A stretch of 54,509 bases of DNA from assembly GCA_022615215.1 (NCBI GenBank), contig JAKEHD010000310.1, forward strand, positions 1-54,509, in the 5' to 3' direction. Positions 1 to 9,667 of this stretch are shown here, piece by piece. Every line of letters starts with the position of its first letter. The first letter of the stretch is position 1. The notes beneath the pieces are model-generated. The model worked only from the letters and a program-made list of their open reading frames with translations. It did no database searches and was not told the origin of the DNA. This DNA comes from Blastocatellia bacterium. Lineage in GTDB: Bacteria > Acidobacteriota > Blastocatellia > UBA7656. The translations under genes were made by a program, and so were the position numbers.

Positions 1-41
1 AATACATTTATTGTCGGTCGCAAATCATACGCCTCAAAAAC

Positions 42-1160
42 ATGGAAGACGCACAAGGAACAGGCACTCAAAAACTGCACCGCTTTCCCTGCCCCGGCTG
101 CGGGGCCGATCTCGAATTCGATCCGCGAGAAGGGTCGCTCGCCTGCCCTTACTGCGGACGAACGGAAATCATCCCCGCAAGCGCAGAGCAGGTCGAGGAG
201 CGGTCTTATGAAGAGTATCTGCGTCCTCGCTCGGATCAATTGGCCGCGCTGGCTCAGAATGCGCTTGAGGTGAAGTGCCAGGGATGCGGGGCTACGGTCA
301 CATTCACTCCGCCTGAAGTTGCGGGCGAGTGCTCTTTTTGCGGCAGTCAAATCGTCGCCCAACCCAAACACGCGGACCCGACAGTCGCGCCTGAAGGCCT
401 GCTGCCGTTTCGCATCGCCCAAAATCAAGCGACCGACTCGATCAAAAAGTGGATAGCATCCCGATGGTTCGCGCCGAATGCGCTCAAGAGGTTCGCCTAT
501 CAGGAGACCATAGGCGGCGTCTATCTGCCCTTTTGGACTTACGACGCGCACACGTTCACCTTCTACAGAGGACAGAGAGGCGAGTACTATTACGTGACAG
601 AAACTTATACAGAAACCGACGCTCAGGGCAATACCGTGACGAAGACCCGGCAGGTGCAACATACCCATTGGTATCCGGCATCGGGCAAGGTCTCGCGCTG
701 GTTTGATGATTTGCTTGTGGCCGCCACCAAATCGGTCTCGCGCCCCCGGCTCAAATCGCTCGAACCCTGGGATCTGCCTGAACTCAAAGCCTACGATCCG
801 GCTTATCTATCAGGCTTCAAAGCCCAGCGTTATGAAATAGACCTCGCGCAAGGATTCGAAGAAGCCAAAAAAATCATGGCGCAAGTGATCGACTCCGACG
901 TGCGACGCGACATAGGCGGCGACGAGCAAAGGGTAGAGAGTATCTCGACTTCTTATTCGGGCATAACATTCAAGCATCTCCTGTTGCCCGTCTACATAGG
1001 GGCATATCTATTCAATCAGAAAAGCTATCAGGTCATGGTCAATGCGCGGACGGGCGAAGTATCGGGCGAGCGGCCATACAGTTTCTGGAAGATCACCTTC
1101 TTCATATTGTTCCTGCTGGCAATAATCGGGCTGATAATTTACTTCGCAAGGGGCCAGTGA
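42..1160 (+). CDS. Conserved hypothetical double zinc-ribbon protein with C-terminal membrane anchor
   Basis: 372-aa ORF. Two zinc-ribbon pairs (CPGCG..CPYCG and CQGCG..CSFCG) near the N-terminus. Hydrophobic C-terminal helix ITFFILFLLAIIGLIIYF. No catalytic motif recognised. Confidence 0.7.
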   Translation: MEDAQGTGTQKLHRFPCPGCGADLEFDPREGSLACPYCGRTEIIPASAEQVEERSYEEYLRPRSDQLAALAQNALEVKCQGCGATVTFTPPEVAGECSFCGSQIVAQPKHADPTVAPEGLLPFRIAQNQATDSIKKWIASRWFAPNALKRFAYQETIGGVYLPFWTYDAHTFTFYRGQRGEYYYVTETYTETDAQGNTVTKTRQVQHTHWYPASGKVSRWFDDLLVAATKSVSRPRLKSLEPWDLPELKAYDPAYLSGFKAQRYEIDLAQGFEEAKKIMAQVIDSDVRRDIGGDEQRVESISTSYSGITFKHLLLPVYIGAYLFNQKSYQVMVNARTGEVSGERPYSFWKITFFILFLLAIIGLIIYFARGQ

Positions 1161-1331
1161 GCCGCTGTCGATTATTCAATCATTTCTCATCTCTACTATG
1201 CGCGCTCAAAGCGCGCTCCCAGGTATTCATATCGCATGCTTTTTTCCATCTCAGCGTGTAGAATAGCTTGTTCTTATCGCTTCACATTAGCTCACCTGAT
1301 GGACTAATGTGATACGGCCTGTGCGGAGGGT

Positions 1332-2477
1332 ATGATGGAATTCGAGTTGAACGAAGAACAACAACAGATAAAGTATTCAATACGCGAATTCTCTGAAGCG
1401 GAACTCGCGCCTCACGTCCTTGAGTGGGACGAATCTCAGCACTTCCCTATCGAGTTGTTGCCCAAGTTCGCCGAAATCGGCATCACGGGCGTCCTCTTCC
1501 CGGAAGAGTACGGCGGCGCGGGGATGGGATATATAGAATACAGCACTATCATAGAAGAACTCGCGCGCGTCGACCCTTCGATAGCTCTCTCGATTGCCGC
1601 TCATAATTCATTAGGCGCAGGTCATATTTTTCTCGCGGGCGACGAAAGGCAAAAAGAGCAATACCTGGCACCCCTTGCGCGCGGCCAGTACCTGGGAGCC
1701 TGGGGGCTTACCGAGCCGAGTTCAGGCTCCGATGCAAGCTCCATGCGCAGCACTGGCGTAAAACGCAACGGCGGATGGGTGCTGAACGGCTCGAAGAACT
1801 TCATCACCAATGCAAGCTTTGCGGGCGTAACGGTCGTCCTCGCAATCACAGATCGCACGGCAGGCACTCACGGCATCTCCGCATTCATAATCGAACGCGG
1901 AACGAAGGGGTTCGCCGTCGCAAAGAAAGAGAACAAGCTCGGCATGCGGGCGAGCGACACTGCCGCTCTGGTCTTCGACGATTGCTTCGTGCCCGATTCG
2001 AACCTTATAGGCGAGCCGGGTCAGGGGTTCATTCAGGCCATGCGCGTGCTCGACGGCGGGCGCATATCGATAGCCGCGCTCGCGGTCGGCATAGCGCAGG
2101 GCGCTTATGAAGCTGCGCTCCGCTATGCGAAAGAGCGCCATCAGTTCGGCAGGCCGATAGCCGAGTTTCAGGCCATACAATTCAAGCTCGCAGACATGGC
2201 GACCGAGATAGAAGCCGCGCGCCTGCTCACATATCAAGCCGCAGCCCTGAAGGACAGGGGCAAGATCACGACCAGGGAATCCTCTATGGCCAAACTATTT
2301 GCGAGCGAAGTGGCCGTGCGCGCAGCTGAACAGTCGGTCCAGGTACACGGCGGCTATGGCTATATCAAGGATTACCCGGCCGAAAAATACTGGCGCGATT
2401 CGAAGCTCTGCACCATCGGAGAGGGCACGAGCGAAGTGCAACGCACGGTCATCGCCCGGCAGATACTGAGAGCGTGA
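1332..2477 (+). CDS. Acyl-CoA dehydrogenase (short/branched-chain type)
   Basis: 381-aa ORF with a ggaggg RBS just upstream. Family-typical segments [11 protein letters not shown] and [30 protein letters not shown]. Confidence 0.9.
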   Translation: MMEFELNEEQQQIKYSIREFSEAELAPHVLEWDESQHFPIELLPKFAEIGITGVLFPEEYGGAGMGYIEYSTIIEELARVDPSIALSIAAHNSLGAGHIFLAGDERQKEQYLAPLARGQYLGAWGLTEPSSGSDASSMRSTGVKRNGGWVLNGSKNFITNASFAGVTVVLAITDRTAGTHGISAFIIERGTKGFAVAKKENKLGMRASDTAALVFDDCFVPDSNLIGEPGQGFIQAMRVLDGGRISIAALAVGIAQGAYEAALRYAKERHQFGRPIAEFQAIQFKLADMATEIEAARLLTYQAAALKDRGKITTRESSMAKLFASEVAVRAAEQSVQVHGGYGYIKDYPAEKYWRDSKLCTIGEGTSEVQRTVIARQILRA

Positions 2478-2623
2478 TGCGTGATGTGTGATGTGTCCGT
2501 TGTCCGTCGTTCTTTTATTCCAGGCCCTGGAAGAAATGCAACGGACAGAAGCGTACATAGGAGCGGCTACGCGATTACGCGACCACGCTCCGCTGCCGGA
2601 CAACGGACCACGTACCGCTGACA
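2474..2623. repeat. Heptanucleotide-phased intergenic repeat element with 12-bp inverted repeat
   Basis: GTGATGC GTGATGT GTGATGT GTCCGTT GTCCGTC at 2474-2508. GTCCGTTGTCCG (2495-2506) is perfectly complementary to CGGACAACGGAC (2597-2608). The right arm is again phased: CGGACAA CGGACCA CGTACCG CTGACAA. Confidence 0.8.
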
Positions 2624-2627
2624 AAGA

Positions 2628-3578
2628 ATGAGCCTGACAGAAAAGATCATAAGCGGAGACAAGCGGTTGATAGCCCGCGCCATCAGCGCGGTCGAATCGG
2701 CGCGCCCCGACGCTATCGAATTATTGAAAGAGATATTTCCTCACACGGGCAAGGCGCTCGTCATAGGGATAACGGGCGCGCCCGGCGCGGGCAAAAGCAC
2801 CCTCGTAGACCGCCTCGCTGCGCATTATCGCTCACTCGATGAAAAGGTCGGCATTATAGCCGTAGACCCCTCAAGCCCTTTCACGGGCGGGGCCATACTC
2901 GGCGACCGAATACGCATGCAGAACATGGCCTGCGACCCAGGCATATTCATACGCAGCATGGCGGCGCGCGGGCACCTCGGCGGTCTTGCGCGAGCTACCG
3001 TCGATGCGGTAGCTATACTCGATGCCGCCGGGTATAATAAGGTGCTCGTCGAGACTGTAGGTGTAGGCCAGGATGAAGTCGATATAGTGAAGGCGGCCGA
3101 TGTTACGGTGGTTGTGCTCGTACCCGGCATGGGCGACGACATACAGGCCATCAAAGCGGGCATTATGGAGATCGGCGATGTCTTCACAATCAATAAAGCG
3201 GATCGCGAGGGAGTGCTCAGGACCGAGCGCGAACTTGAATCGCTGCTCTCTATATCGGAGAGGCGCGACGGATGGAAACCTCCCATAGTCAAGACCGTCG
3301 CCACAGAAGACGGCGGGATAGATGAGCTTGCGGAAGCGATTCGAGACTATGCGGCTTTCTCGGATTCGACGCGAAAGCCGGGCGACGACCGCCGAGCAAG
3401 CGTGGCCGAATACCGGATAATAGAGATGCTCAGAGACAGGCTCTTGAAGCTTGCACTCGACAGGGGCGTCACCGGAGAGGAATTGCGAGACATGGCCCGG
3501 TCGGTCGCAGAGCGCAGGCGCGATCCCTATTCGGTCGTAGACGAGATAATCTCGCGCCTCGGAATCAACGGCCAGTAG
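2628..3578 (+). CDS. meaB: Methylmalonyl-CoA mutase-associated GTPase MeaB/ArgK
   Basis: 316-aa ORF. P-loop GITGAPGAGKSTLV, VETVGVGQ switch segment and NKAD G4 motif, typical of the MeaB/ArgK G3E GTPase family. Confidence 0.9.
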   Translation: MSLTEKIISGDKRLIARAISAVESARPDAIELLKEIFPHTGKALVIGITGAPGAGKSTLVDRLAAHYRSLDEKVGIIAVDPSSPFTGGAILGDRIRMQNMACDPGIFIRSMAARGHLGGLARATVDAVAILDAAGYNKVLVETVGVGQDEVDIVKAADVTVVVLVPGMGDDIQAIKAGIMEIGDVFTINKADREGVLRTERELESLLSISERRDGWKPPIVKTVATEDGGIDELAEAIRDYAAFSDSTRKPGDDRRASVAEYRIIEMLRDRLLKLALDRGVTGEELRDMARSVAERRRDPYSVVDEIISRLGINGQ

Positions 3579-3611
3579 ATATATGTCACAAAGGAAACCA
3601 TCTGCGAAATT

Positions 3612-4013
3612 ATGAAAATAGATCATCTTGGAATAGCGGTTCGTTCGATCGAGGACTCCAGCAAGTTCTACCTGGATGCGTTCGGACTTGAGATCGCCGA
3701 AACTGAAACTATCGAAGACCAGGGGGTGCATGTCGCCCTCCTGCCGGTCGGAGAGTCGCGCATAGAACTGCTGGAGCCAATTTCCGACGATACTACGGTC
3801 GGCCGTTTCATCCGCAAACGGGGCGAGGGGCTGCATCATATATGCTACGAGGTCGAAGACCTGCAATCGAAAATCGATCGATTCAAAGCGCACGGCGTCA
3901 GGGTGCTCGACGGCTACCCGAGGCGCGGCGCTGAGGGCAAGCTGGTTGCCTTTCTACACCCGGCGAGCGCAAGCGGTGTTCTCGTCGAACTGGTCGAAAA
4001 GGCGAGAACTTAA
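3612..4013 (+). CDS. mce: Methylmalonyl-CoA epimerase (VOC/glyoxalase fold)
   Basis: 133-aa ORF starting MKIDHLGIAV. Contains IELLEP and HHICYEV metal-ligand segments. Lies directly downstream of meaB. Confidence 0.85.
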   Translation: MKIDHLGIAVRSIEDSSKFYLDAFGLEIAETETIEDQGVHVALLPVGESRIELLEPISDDTTVGRFIRKRGEGLHHICYEVEDLQSKIDRFKAHGVRVLDGYPRRGAEGKLVAFLHPASASGVLVELVEKART

Positions 4014-4034
4014 AAAGGAGGTTGAAAAACTTAT

Positions 4035-5258
4035 ATGAAACCATCAGGAAAAGTCATTGCGGCCATCGTTGTCGTGGCCCTGCTCGCGGGAGCAGCATTG
4101 CTTGCACAGCAGTCCATCTCCTCGCCAACAACTGTCAGCCTTTCGGCGCAGGATATGGAGATGTGGATCAAAGAAATATTTCCTCCCACACAACTGCAAC
4201 AACTCGCTTCGGACCCGGAAGAGAAGAAGAAACTCGTAAAGAATCTCAAGAGGATAATAGCGGTCGGCCAGTATGCAGAGTCAAAAGGCTTTGCCGAACG
4301 CCCCGAAATAAAGTCGGAACTCACTATTATACCCGATAGCGTACTGGGCCAGATTTTCTTGCAGAAGAACCCCGACAGACAGGTGAGCGACGAGGAAGTG
4401 AACCAATACCATAAAGATCATCCAGACGATTTCAAATCTTTCATGGAGATCGATCCTAAACTCAAAGAAGAGGCTCAGGGACCGCAGGGCGAAAGGATCA
4501 AAAAACAATACGGGCAAATCAAAGTGCTGGCAGAACTTGCCCGGCAGGCAGGACTCGAAAGCGAAAAGTTCGCGGAGATTCAGGTACTACTGAGCCGGAA
4601 CCAGTTCCTCTATCAGGCTTACGTGCGCGATTATCAGGAAAACCTCGGCGAGACTGAAAACGACGCTGAAATGGAACAGTACCTCAAAGAACACGAAGAC
4701 GAATTCAGGAATGTCCGCCATATCCTCATCGGCACGAGCCCTCCGCCCCCTTCCCCGACAGCCGATAAAAAAGAGGATGCGAAGGATACCCCCAAAGTCC
4801 TGTCAAAAGAGGAAGCCCGCCAGAAAGCCCAGTCCATACTCGACCGCATTCGCAAAGGCGAGGACTTCGTAAAACTCGCAGCGGAAAATTCGGATGATCC
4901 GGGCTCGAAAGATAATGGCGGCAGCTACGGCATAATCACAAGGGACGAACAGTTCGTGCCCGAATTCCTGTCAGCCGCTTTCGCCCTGAAACCCGGAGAG
5001 ATCAGCGACCCGGTAGAGACCCAGTTCGGGTTCCACATAATCAAGGTCGACGCAATCGATGCATCGGCTCTCAGCGATCCTCAAACCAAACAGAAGATTG
5101 CCGGAGAGATAAAGCAGGCGAAGATACTGAAACATCTCGATGAGATAGTGGCTGCGAGCAGCGTTGAGATAGCCGAGGATTTCAATATAGAAGCGCCGCC
5201 GAGTCCTGCGATTCAACCTGCGCCGTCACAGGTCGCGCCGCCGGCTCAAAATCAGTGA
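4035..5258 (+). CDS. Parvulin-type peptidyl-prolyl cis-trans isomerase (SurA/PrsA-like), secreted
   Basis: 407-aa ORF with an N-terminal signal/anchor helix. Parvulin domain VRHILIG...GGSYGIITRDEQFVPEF...FGFHIIKV. Pro-rich tail. Confidence 0.8.
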   Translation: MKPSGKVIAAIVVVALLAGAALLAQQSISSPTTVSLSAQDMEMWIKEIFPPTQLQQLASDPEEKKKLVKNLKRIIAVGQYAESKGFAERPEIKSELTIIPDSVLGQIFLQKNPDRQVSDEEVNQYHKDHPDDFKSFMEIDPKLKEEAQGPQGERIKKQYGQIKVLAELARQAGLESEKFAEIQVLLSRNQFLYQAYVRDYQENLGETENDAEMEQYLKEHEDEFRNVRHILIGTSPPPPSPTADKKEDAKDTPKVLSKEEARQKAQSILDRIRKGEDFVKLAAENSDDPGSKDNGGSYGIITRDEQFVPEFLSAAFALKPGEISDPVETQFGFHIIKVDAIDASALSDPQTKQKIAGEIKQAKILKHLDEIVAASSVEIAEDFNIEAPPSPAIQPAPSQVAPPAQNQ

Positions 5259-6160
5259 TTGAAAATTTATGCAGGGGGATGGACCGCTCGGTTTCATCCC
5301 CCGCTCTTCACACTCTCCAACCGGATGCTATGAAACTGGGCTCGTTCGAAATCGAAGTCGTCTCGGACGGCACGTTCGCGCTCGATGGAGGCGCGATCTT
5401 CGGCGTGGTCCCGCGCGTGGTGTGGGAGCGATACTTCGAGCCTGACGAGCGCAACCGAATACGCCTCGGCCTCAATTGCCTGCTCGTCCGAACGGGCCGC
5501 GAAAACGTCCTTGTAGACACAGGCATGGGCCGCAAATGGGACGGCCGCTCCCGCGACAGGTACGCGCTCACCGATGAAACGGACCTCTTAACCCGACTCA
5601 GTGAAAAGGGTCTCGCTCCCGAAGATATAGATGTCGTCATCAACACTCATCTGCACTTCGACCACGCGGGCACAAACACCATTGAGCGTGACGGGCGACC
5701 GGTTCCGGCATTCCCGCGCGCGCGCTACGTAGTTCAGCGCGGCGAGTTGGAACACGCGCGCTCGCCGCACGAACGCGACCGCGCAAGTTACGTCGCAGAG
5801 GATTTCGAACCCGTCGCAGAAGCGGGCCTTTTCGACCTGATAGAGGGCGACGCGGAGATAGTCCCAGGCATTCGCGCGATCAAGGTCTCAGGCCACAACC
5901 GCGACCTTGAGTGTGTGCGCATAGACTCAGAGGGCGAGACGGCATTCGTCTTCGCCGACCTGATACCCACGACGGCGCACATCCCGCCGGCATGGGTGAT
6001 GGGATTCGACCTCTACCCGGTCGAGACGCTCGAACAGAAGAAACGACTTCTGCCGAAAGCCATAAGCGAGAAATGGACGTGCGTCTTCTATCATGACCCG
6101 CGCACGCCCCTCGGCCGACTCCGTGAGCGCGACGGTAAGATTGAAGTCGAGCCGGTGTGA
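5255..6160 (+). CDS. MBL-fold metallo-hydrolase
   Basis: HxHxDH motif (NTHLHFDHAG) and downstream His/Asp ligands. The real start is more likely the ATG at 5330 (MKLGSFEIEVV) than the GTG at 5255. Confidence 0.8.
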   Translation: MIENLCRGMDRSVSSPALHTLQPDAMKLGSFEIEVVSDGTFALDGGAIFGVVPRVVWERYFEPDERNRIRLGLNCLLVRTGRENVLVDTGMGRKWDGRSRDRYALTDETDLLTRLSEKGLAPEDIDVVINTHLHFDHAGTNTIERDGRPVPAFPRARYVVQRGELEHARSPHERDRASYVAEDFEPVAEAGLFDLIEGDAEIVPGIRAIKVSGHNRDLECVRIDSEGETAFVFADLIPTTAHIPPAWVMGFDLYPVETLEQKKRLLPKAISEKWTCVFYHDPRTPLGRLRERDGKIEVEPV

Positions 6161-6175
6161 AAGGAGCCGTTCAGG

Positions 6176-6290
6176 TCATGAATGATGGGGCGCTGATTTT
6201 TGAACGATGAACGATGAATGATGAACAGGGAGTTTCATATTCATCGTTCATTATTCTGCATTCATCATTTCTGCTGACCACTGACCACTG
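6176..6290. repeat. Heptanucleotide-phased intergenic repeat element forming an imperfect hairpin
   Basis: GAACGAT GAACGAT GAATGAT GAACAGG / loop / ATATTCA TCGTTCA TTATTCT GCATTCA TCATTTC TGCTGAC CACTGAC CACTG. GAACGATGAATGATGAA pairs with TTCATATTCATCGTTC with one bulge. Confidence 0.8.
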
Positions 6291-6310
6291 TTTTTTAGGA
6301 GGCAACCAGA

Positions 6311-7231
6311 TTGTCACAGATAAAGATAGGAGTGATAGGCGGGAGCGGCCTCTACCAGATGGAAGCTCTCACAGAGGTTGAAGAGATCACCTTAGACACG
6401 CCGTTCGGCAAGCCTTCGGACGCTTTCATAACCGGCAACATTGCGGGTAGCCGCGTGGCTTTCCTTCCGCGACACGGGCGCGGGCACCGATTACTACCGA
6501 CCGAGATTCCTTTCCGCGCCAATATATACGCGATGAAGATGCTCGGCGTCGAGCGAATCATATCCGCGAGCGCCGTCGGCTCGCTGCGCGAAGAACTCAA
6601 GCCCATGGACATAGTCTTTCCCGATCAGTTCTTCGACCGCACACGCCATCGCGTTTCTACATTCTTCGGCGACGGCATAGCCGCGCACGTCGCCCTCGCT
6701 CATCCCGTTTGCGAAGACCTCTGCGACCTGCTCGATAGCGTAGCGAGAGCGGAACTTTCCAGCATAGACATTCATCGCGGCGGGACTTATCTATGCATGG
6801 AAGGCCCTCAATTTTCTACAAGGGCCGAGTCGGATGTCTATCGCTCGTGGGGGATGTCCGTCATCGGGATGACGAATCTTCAGGAAGCGAAGCTCGCGCG
6901 CGAGGCCGAAATCTGTTACGTGACCGTTGCGCTCGTGACCGATTACGATTGCTGGCACCCGGACCATGACTCTGTGACGGTCGAGATGATAATCGAATAC
7001 CTGAACCGCAACGCGGAGAACGCGCAAAAGCTTATCGCTTCGGCAGTAGAGCGATTGGCCGGGCGGGAACGCGCATGCAAGTGCGGCCAGGCTCTCCGCC
7101 ATGCTATCATTACATCGCCCGACAAGATCACCCCCGAAGCCAGAGAGCGGTTGAAGGAGATCGTGGGCAAATACTTGACATCCTCGCCCGCCCTAAAGGG
7201 AGGGGATTCCTCAAAAGGAATGCGTGAGTAG
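6311..7231 (+). CDS. mtnP: S-methyl-5'-thioadenosine phosphorylase
   Basis: 306-aa ORF with a TTG start 8 nt after AGGAGG. N-terminus [19 protein letters not shown] and [16 protein letters not shown] are typical of the MTAP/PNP family. Confidence 0.85.
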   Translation: MSQIKIGVIGGSGLYQMEALTEVEEITLDTPFGKPSDAFITGNIAGSRVAFLPRHGRGHRLLPTEIPFRANIYAMKMLGVERIISASAVGSLREELKPMDIVFPDQFFDRTRHRVSTFFGDGIAAHVALAHPVCEDLCDLLDSVARAELSSIDIHRGGTYLCMEGPQFSTRAESDVYRSWGMSVIGMTNLQEAKLAREAEICYVTVALVTDYDCWHPDHDSVTVEMIIEYLNRNAENAQKLIASAVERLAGRERACKCGQALRHAIITSPDKITPEARERLKEIVGKYLTSSPALKGGDSSKGMRE

Positions 7232-7656
7232 CTGTGGTCCAAACGATCTTACAATCTCCCACAACATCTCCTGAAGTCCAACGACTTCCGCAGATTCACC
7301 ATTCAACGGCGGGTCCAACGACTCCGCCTCCTGGCGCAGCAACGGTCTGCCCGACCGCCGTTCCTTGCCAAAAGGAATTGATTGTGATTCTCTACTTCGG
7401 CGTTCTAGCTTTTACGTTAAGGACTACCCTCAACAACCACCTAGCAAGAGTTTCAAAGAGCCGCGATGCCTTCGACCGGACAGCACTTTCAGCCTTTCCG
7501 GGGTTGGAGTCGCATCCGTATTCACGGAGGATTTTATTTCGATTCCTGAATGTAGTCAACTTGATTTCCAGGACGTGACAGTCGCATTTTATCCCCCTTC
7601 TCGTGGCAGGCGACTTCACGCTATGGATTGTTAAACTGATTTCGAGGTAGTACGTC

Positions 7657-8079
7657 ATGTTCGGCACGAAGTTCATCACCCTGGCTTTTACGTTCATTCT
7701 GACGGCGGCGATCATCGATCCTGGGATCGCTGCCCAGCAGACAGGCAAGCGATTGGAACCCATTCGCGACCCCGCGCTTGAGACCTTCGCCAAGCATAAC
7801 CTTGAGGTCGCGCGATGGAACATAACGAGGCGCAAGGCTTTTGAGGGCGCGCGCGATCGCTTGCAGGAGATCATAGATACCTATCCCGACTTCTCACGAA
7901 TGGATGAGGTTCTCTACTGGATGGGCGAAGCGCATCTGAAATTGAACAAAAATGAAGAGGCTGTCGATTACTACAAGAAGCTCTTGAAGGAGTATCCCGG
8001 CAGCGAGTTCACTGAAAAAGCGCGCGCGCGCCTCGCGGAGCTAAAGGTCGAACCTGACAAAGAGGGAAACGCTAACTGA
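7657..8079 (+). CDS. TPR-repeat secreted protein, BamD/YfiO-like
   Basis: 140-aa ORF with a signal peptide. TPR-like segment LYWMGEAHLKLNKNEEAVDYYKKLLKEYPGSEF. Shorter than canonical BamD. Confidence 0.6.
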   Translation: MFGTKFITLAFTFILTAAIIDPGIAAQQTGKRLEPIRDPALETFAKHNLEVARWNITRRKAFEGARDRLQEIIDTYPDFSRMDEVLYWMGEAHLKLNKNEEAVDYYKKLLKEYPGSEFTEKARARLAELKVEPDKEGNAN

Positions 8080-8180
8080 AGCGCCGCAGGGGTCAGAGAG
8101 AATACGCGCCTTTCCGAGCGATGTTATTCGCATCCTTCGCGCTGCGGCTTTCATTAACAACCAATGAGGTGAAACTGTAA

Positions 8181-9119
8181 ATGTCGATTCTTGTCGTAGG
8201 GTCGGTGGCATTCGACTCGGTGAAGACGCCTTTCGGAGAAAGAGAGAAAGTAATAGGAGGAGCGGCGATGTATTTCAGCGTCGCCGCTTCTTTTTTTACG
8301 GATGTGCGCGTGGTCGCCGTCGTGGGAGAAGATTTCGGGCCGGAGCAGGAAGCCCTGTTTCACGAGCGCCGGATAGATATATCCGACCTTGAGCGAGTGC
8401 CGGGCCAGCGCAGCTTTTTCTGGAAAGGCGAGTACGGCTATGACCTCAACGTCGCACACACGCTCGATACTCAACTGAACGTCTTCGCCGATTTCAAACC
8501 CACACTGTCTGAGGCAGCGCGCGAAACGCCATATCTCTTTTTGGGGAACATCCAGCCAGGCTTGCAGATCGAGGTGCGCAATCAATCGAAGGCGCGGCTC
8601 GTTGCCGCCGATACCATGAATTACTGGATTGAAAAGACGCCCGAAGAGCTTCGGGAGATGCTAAAGTGCATAGACATTCTCATAATCAATGACACAGAGG
8701 CGAGGGAACTGGCTCAGGAATCGAACCTCGTGCGCGCGGCCCGCTTGATACTCTCTTTCGGCCCCAAACGGCTCGTGGTCAAACGCGGCGAATACGGCGC
8801 GGCCACTTTCACTAAAAATTCGTACTTCGCCACGCCCGCTTATCCGCTCGAAGACGTATTCGACCCGACCGGGGCGGGAGACAGCTTCGCGGGCGGCTTC
8901 ATGGGATACCTCGCGGCGACCAACGCGGACGATGAAGCAGCGGTCAGGCGGGCGGTGATTTATGGTTCGGTCATGGCGTCGTTCAATGTCGAAGAGTTCA
9001 GTTGCGAGCGCACGCGCCGCCTGACTTATGACGAGATCAATGCGAGATTTCGCGAACTGCGCGCCATTACCCATTTCGAAGAGGCGGAGATGCCTCGGCG
9101 GTTACTTGCAAACGAATAA
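8181..9119 (+). CDS. PfkB-family carbohydrate kinase
   Basis: 312-aa ORF. C-terminal PfkB signature DPTGAGDSFAGGFMGYL. N-terminal VGSVAFD typical of ribokinase-like kinases. Confidence 0.85.
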   Translation: MSILVVGSVAFDSVKTPFGEREKVIGGAAMYFSVAASFFTDVRVVAVVGEDFGPEQEALFHERRIDISDLERVPGQRSFFWKGEYGYDLNVAHTLDTQLNVFADFKPTLSEAARETPYLFLGNIQPGLQIEVRNQSKARLVAADTMNYWIEKTPEELREMLKCIDILIINDTEARELAQESNLVRAARLILSFGPKRLVVKRGEYGAATFTKNSYFATPAYPLEDVFDPTGAGDSFAGGFMGYLAATNADDEAAVRRAVIYGSVMASFNVEEFSCERTRRLTYDEINARFRELRAITHFEEAEMPRRLLANE

Positions 9120-9139
9120 TAGGATGTGGCGCAATCCTG

Positions 9140-9538
9140 CTACTCAGGCATGCACTTTCGACAGGGTTTGAGACCGCGCCGCAGGGCGGCTTCTTCGCTG
9201 AGCGCGCTACGCTGGCAACGCGAGGGCAGATGGGTCGAGGCATGGTAAAACTCATTGTCACCCGTGCATGAATAAACCAGCCTGACCGGAGCCGACAGTC
9301 TCTTCACATCGGGGGAATCGTCTTTGCGGGCTGGAACTGAAGACGCCGCAGCATTCGTCATAGCGGGCGAGGACTTCTTTTCGGGCGCGTCGCCGACGGC
9401 CATTTCGGTCTTCATATAACTGAGGACCACCCATCCAGCGCCGAAGAGTATGATGAATGCGATGAGAGAGACTAATTTATTCAGGAAGATCAGCGGGTGA
9501 TTATTGCGTAAAGGACTTCGAGCTTGGAGGCTTGCCAA
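9140..9538 (-). CDS. Membrane-anchored hypothetical protein with C-terminal Ada-type/sunset-like Cys motif
   Basis: 132-aa ORF. One TM helix (LVSLIAFIILFGAGWVVL). C-terminal FYHASTHLPSRC...GLKPCRKC resembles the Ada metal-binding-like motif. Confidence 0.55.
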   Translation of the reverse strand: MASLQARSPLRNNHPLIFLNKLVSLIAFIILFGAGWVVLSYMKTEMAVGDAPEKKSSPAMTNAAASSVPARKDDSPDVKRLSAPVRLVYSCTGDNEFYHASTHLPSRCQRSALSEEAALRRGLKPCRKCMPE

Positions 9539-9667
9539 AGTTTACGCTCCTTTCGATTGGTCCGATAGAATCATTATTTGGAAGGGTGGAAGGTATCATA
9601 GTGAAGCAATCGAGTCAAGCTCTAATTTACAAGCAGAACTTGACTCGCCAGAACTCCGGGAGGACCG

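Noticed and set aside
2871-3893. 340-aa ORF on the minus strand spanning meaB and the epimerase gene
   Set aside because: It lies entirely antisense to two genes that have clear family motifs. Its translation has no recognisable motifs. It is a typical shadow ORF in GC-rich coding DNA.
7234-7578. 114-aa ORF (GTG start) in the mtnP/BamD-like spacer as a real gene
   Set aside because: The N-terminal half of the translation is Pro/Thr-rich, there is no RBS and no recognisable fold. It is treated as non-coding and reported as a finding instead.
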